DNA from: Candidatus Krumholzibacteriia bacterium
GTDB lineage: Bacteria > Krumholzibacteriota > Krumholzibacteriia > LZORAL124-64-63
DNA: 64,000 bases
Direction: 5' to 3'
Assembly: GCA_046484865.1 (NCBI GenBank)
Contig: JAWOID010000029.1
Span: 19,922 to 83,921 of the forward strand
Shown: positions 61,367 through 64,000 of the stretch, piece after piece
How the letters are laid out: every line of letters begins with the position of its first letter
Numbering within the stretch: position 1 is the first letter of the stretch
Translations under genes and position numbers: made by a program
The notes under the pieces: generated by a model
The model's input: only the letters and a program-made list of their open reading frames with translations
Told to the model about the DNA's origin: nothing
Databases searched by the model: none

Positions 61367-63763
61367 GTGAACCGGGCCCGCCTCTCCGGCTTGCACATCG
61401 GCGTCTCCGCCGTCAAGTTGGCGGAGAACCCCGATCCGGAGGTCACGGTCCTGGCGCCGCGTCGCACGTCTGCCGCCCCTCACCACCGGACTCCCCCGCG
61501 CCGCCAGCGGCACGGCGGAGCCCGGCCGAGGCCCGGCTCCGGCTCCCACCGGCGCCCCCGGGGTCACCGGACGGCAGTGCCCGCGGTCCTGCTGGCCGCC
61601 GTTGCGGTCATCCTCGCCGCGGCTCCGGCCCGCGCACAGACAGACTTCCCGGCCATCATGGCGGACGCCGCCGCGGACACGAAAGCGCTCGTCCCAGCCG
61701 TGGCGAACACGATCGCCCCGGCCGTCGCGGACAGCGCGCCGGCGGCACGGCCCCGAGCCGCGACCGCGGCTCCGCCCGATACGACGGCCCTCGCGCCGGC
61801 GGACACCACGGCCGTCGAGTTGCCCGGGGCCGCAACTGCCGCTCCACCCGCTTTCATCGTCGCCGACGGCGACACGCTCTGGCTCACCGACCCGGTGGAC
61901 GTGGTGGGCGCGCGCGCCACGGCCGCCCTGCCGGGCCTGGTGCGGTCGGTGACCACCCTGGACGACCGGGAATGGGAGCGATTACCCGGGCTGGCCCTGC
62001 CCGAACGCCTGGCCAGCATTCCCGGGGTGGTCCCCGGGCAACGGCAGCTCTTCGGCGTGCAGAGCGATCTCTCCATCCGCGGCTCAACCTTCGAGCAGGT
62101 GCAGGTGCTCCTGGACGGCATCGACGCGGGCGACCCGCAGACCGGGCATCATCTGCTGAACCTGCCCCTGAGCGAGATCGACGTCGCGCGGGTGGAGGTG
62201 CTGCCGGGACACGGCTCGGTGCTCTACGGCAGCGGTGCCTTCGGCGGGCTGGTGAACGTGGTGCCGGAGCGGCCCACGGCGGGAGCCGGCGGCGGCGTGC
62301 GCGTGCTGGGCGGCGGGAACGGAACCTGGGGCGCCGGGGGCGAGGTGAGCCTGCCGATCTCGTCCGGCGACCGTGAGGACGGCCGCCGCCGCCGCACCGC
62401 AGGTCCGCGGGTGGATCCGGCCTCGCCGCTGACCGCGGGAGACGCGGTCGCGTCGGGACTGCGTCTCTCGCTCGACCGTCTCCGCACCGACGGGCACGAC
62501 GTGGCCACCGACGGCGGTGCGGTCTGGTCCGGCAATGACGCCGATGTCTGGACCGCCACCGGCCGGCTGCTGACCGTGCGGGAAGACGCCGAGGGCGACC
62601 TCTTCGCCGGCTGGGCGCGGCGGGAGTTCGGGGCGGCCGACTTCTACGCGCCGTTCCCGTCGTGGGAGCGCACCGAGACCGTCTTCGCCGCCGCTCGCTG
62701 GCGGCAGGAACTCGGGGAGAACTGGACGCTCGAGCCGCGGTTGCACGGGAGGCGCAACGAGGACCTGTTCGTGCTGCGGCGCGGCGAGCCCGAGGCTTAC
62801 CGGAACGACCACGAAACCCGCAGGGTGGGTGCGGAACTGCGCGCCCTCCGCGCGCTGGGCGGTGACCACACCCTGGCGCTGTCGAGCGAGGCGGTCTACG
62901 AGGACATCACCAGCCGCGGCGTGCGCGGCGGGGTGAGCGGTCCGGCTCTGGGCGATCACCTGCGGCGGCGCGCGTCGCTGGCGGCAGAGCTGAACCGGCG
63001 CACGACCGGGACGTACTGGCAACTCGGCGGGCGGCTCGACGCCCGGTCGCACGCCGGCCCGCGGGCCTCGGGAACCGCGGCGGTCTCCGTGGACGTGGCC
63101 GCGGGAGTGGCCGTGCGCGCCAGCGCGGGCTCCGTGTACCGTGTTCCCACCTTCACCGAACTGTACTACGAGGATCCGGGCAACGTGGGCAACCCCGGCC
63201 TCGAGCCGGAGCGCGGCTGGGTGTGGGATGCCGGCGTGGAGGCGTGGCGAGGGACCTGGCGCGCTTCGGCCACCTACTTCGAGCGGTACGAGGACGACCT
63301 CATCGACTGGGCGCGTCCGGCGGGCACGGTCGAGCGCTGGCAGGTGCTGAACATCGCCGAGGCGACCGTGCGCGGCGTGGAGGGTCGGCTGGGCTGGGAG
63401 GCGCCTCGCGGCCACCGCGCCGGGGTGGGCTACATGTACGTGGACCGTTCCACCGAACTGGCGGCGGGCTTCGTCGGCAAGTACGAGCTGCTGGTCCCCC
63501 GCCACCAGGTCGTGGGTGATGGCACTTTGGTCCTGCCCGAGAACCTCGCCGCCGGCGTCCTCGGACGCTACCTCGAGCGCACCGGCGGCCCGGACCGGTT
63601 CCGGGTGGCGTTCGTCCTGGACGGCCGTCTCGACTGGACGCCCGGCCGATATCGCGTGACGCTGCAGGTGCTGAACCTGCTGGACCGCAGTTACCAGGAG
63701 GTGCCGGGCGTTTCGATGCCGGGACGGCTGGCAATGCTCACACTAGAACTGCTCTTCCTGTAA
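61367..63763 (+). CDS. TonB-dependent outer-membrane receptor
   Basis: Plug LSIRGS...VLLDG...RVEVLPG...LYGSGAFGGLVNVV; YRVPTFTELY, GNPGLEPE, NLLDRSY...PGR. Start uncertain. Confidence 0.92.
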   Translation: MNRARLSGLHIGVSAVKLAENPDPEVTVLAPRRTSAAPHHRTPPRRQRHGGARPRPGSGSHRRPRGHRTAVPAVLLAAVAVILAAAPARAQTDFPAIMADAAADTKALVPAVANTIAPAVADSAPAARPRAATAAPPDTTALAPADTTAVELPGAATAAPPAFIVADGDTLWLTDPVDVVGARATAALPGLVRSVTTLDDREWERLPGLALPERLASIPGVVPGQRQLFGVQSDLSIRGSTFEQVQVLLDGIDAGDPQTGHHLLNLPLSEIDVARVEVLPGHGSVLYGSGAFGGLVNVVPERPTAGAGGGVRVLGGGNGTWGAGGEVSLPISSGDREDGRRRRTAGPRVDPASPLTAGDAVASGLRLSLDRLRTDGHDVATDGGAVWSGNDADVWTATGRLLTVREDAEGDLFAGWARREFGAADFYAPFPSWERTETVFAAARWRQELGENWTLEPRLHGRRNEDLFVLRRGEPEAYRNDHETRRVGAELRALRALGGDHTLALSSEAVYEDITSRGVRGGVSGPALGDHLRRRASLAAELNRRTTGTYWQLGGRLDARSHAGPRASGTAAVSVDVAAGVAVRASAGSVYRVPTFTELYYEDPGNVGNPGLEPERGWVWDAGVEAWRGTWRASATYFERYEDDLIDWARPAGTVERWQVLNIAEATVRGVEGRLGWEAPRGHRAGVGYMYVDRSTELAAGFVGKYELLVPRHQVVGDGTLVLPENLAAGVLGRYLERTGGPDRFRVAFVLDGRLDWTPGRYRVTLQVLNLLDRSYQEVPGVSMPGRLAMLTLELLFL

Positions 63764-64000
63764 GTTATTCCACGAAGAATGTTTCCGGCCCCGGTCCTGC
63801 AATTCGGCCGGCATGGACACCTACGAACTCAGCCACCCGCGCTGGACGCCACCCCACTGCCCGTCGTCTACCTGCAAGTACCACAACCCCTTGCAGCCAG
63901 GTTGGCGGTTCAAGCGCATGGGCTCCTACCGCCGCCTCGCCTACCCGCAGCGTATCCGCAGGTTCCGCTGCCTCCACTGCGGTGTCACCTTCAGTTCACA
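63730..64000 (+). mobile_element. Left end of a putative IS1-family element (truncated by the window edge)
   Basis: Drop in GC from about 63731, GGCAATGCT resembling IS1 termini, downstream zinc-ribbon ORF. Confidence 0.5.
63813..64000 (+). CDS. Putative IS1-like transposase, N-terminal zinc ribbon (partial; not in the ORF track)
   Basis: Own translation: MDTYELSHPRWTPPHCPSSTCKYH...GSYRR...IRRFRCLHCGVTFSS, open to the window end. Confidence 0.65.
   Translation, partial: MDTYELSHPRWTPPHCPSSTCKYHNPLQPGWRFKRMGSYRRLAYPQRIRRFRCLHCGVTFSS

Overview
High-GC, gene-dense chromosomal window from a diderm bacterium. An FCB-superphylum candidate lineage such as Krumholzibacteriota/Latescibacterota is inferred from the T9SS/FlgD-like C-terminal domain, the ...TWxxVKALFR tail and the MurA GGCAWGPRP motif. 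About 54 CDS are recognisable, mostly on the + strand. Housekeeping blocks: ECF sigma/anti-sigma/Spy-like; rho-rpmE-DUF1385-prfA-prmC-murA-selB-ispG; yicC-gmk-rpoZ-coaBC-udg; dnaB; mlaEFD; leuS; radA-ispD. Accessory blocks: a divergent SLC13 transporter/beta-carbonic anhydrase pair, secreted proteins and lipoproteins at 34.6-45.5 kb, and a 50-64 kb envelope-modification cluster (GT-C transferase, an intact and a degenerate GT2, PHP-like, GlpD-like, MBL, PP2C, GlpT-like MFS, TonB receptor). The 5' end of an IS1-like transposase lies at the window edge. No rRNA, tRNA or CRISPR array was seen. Best leads: (1) the GT2/pseudo-GT2/PHP/FAD-oxidoreductase/GT-C cluster; (2) a helically phased array of DnaA-box-like TTGTCCCC 9-mers upstream of dnaB; (3) a small CxxCH protein with a putative novel C-terminal sorting tail; (4) an RqcH homologue with altered tRNA-recognition motifs; (5) a palindrome plus exact IHF site between SLC13 and carbonic anhydrase. 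All calls come from motif recognition by eye; no searches were run.
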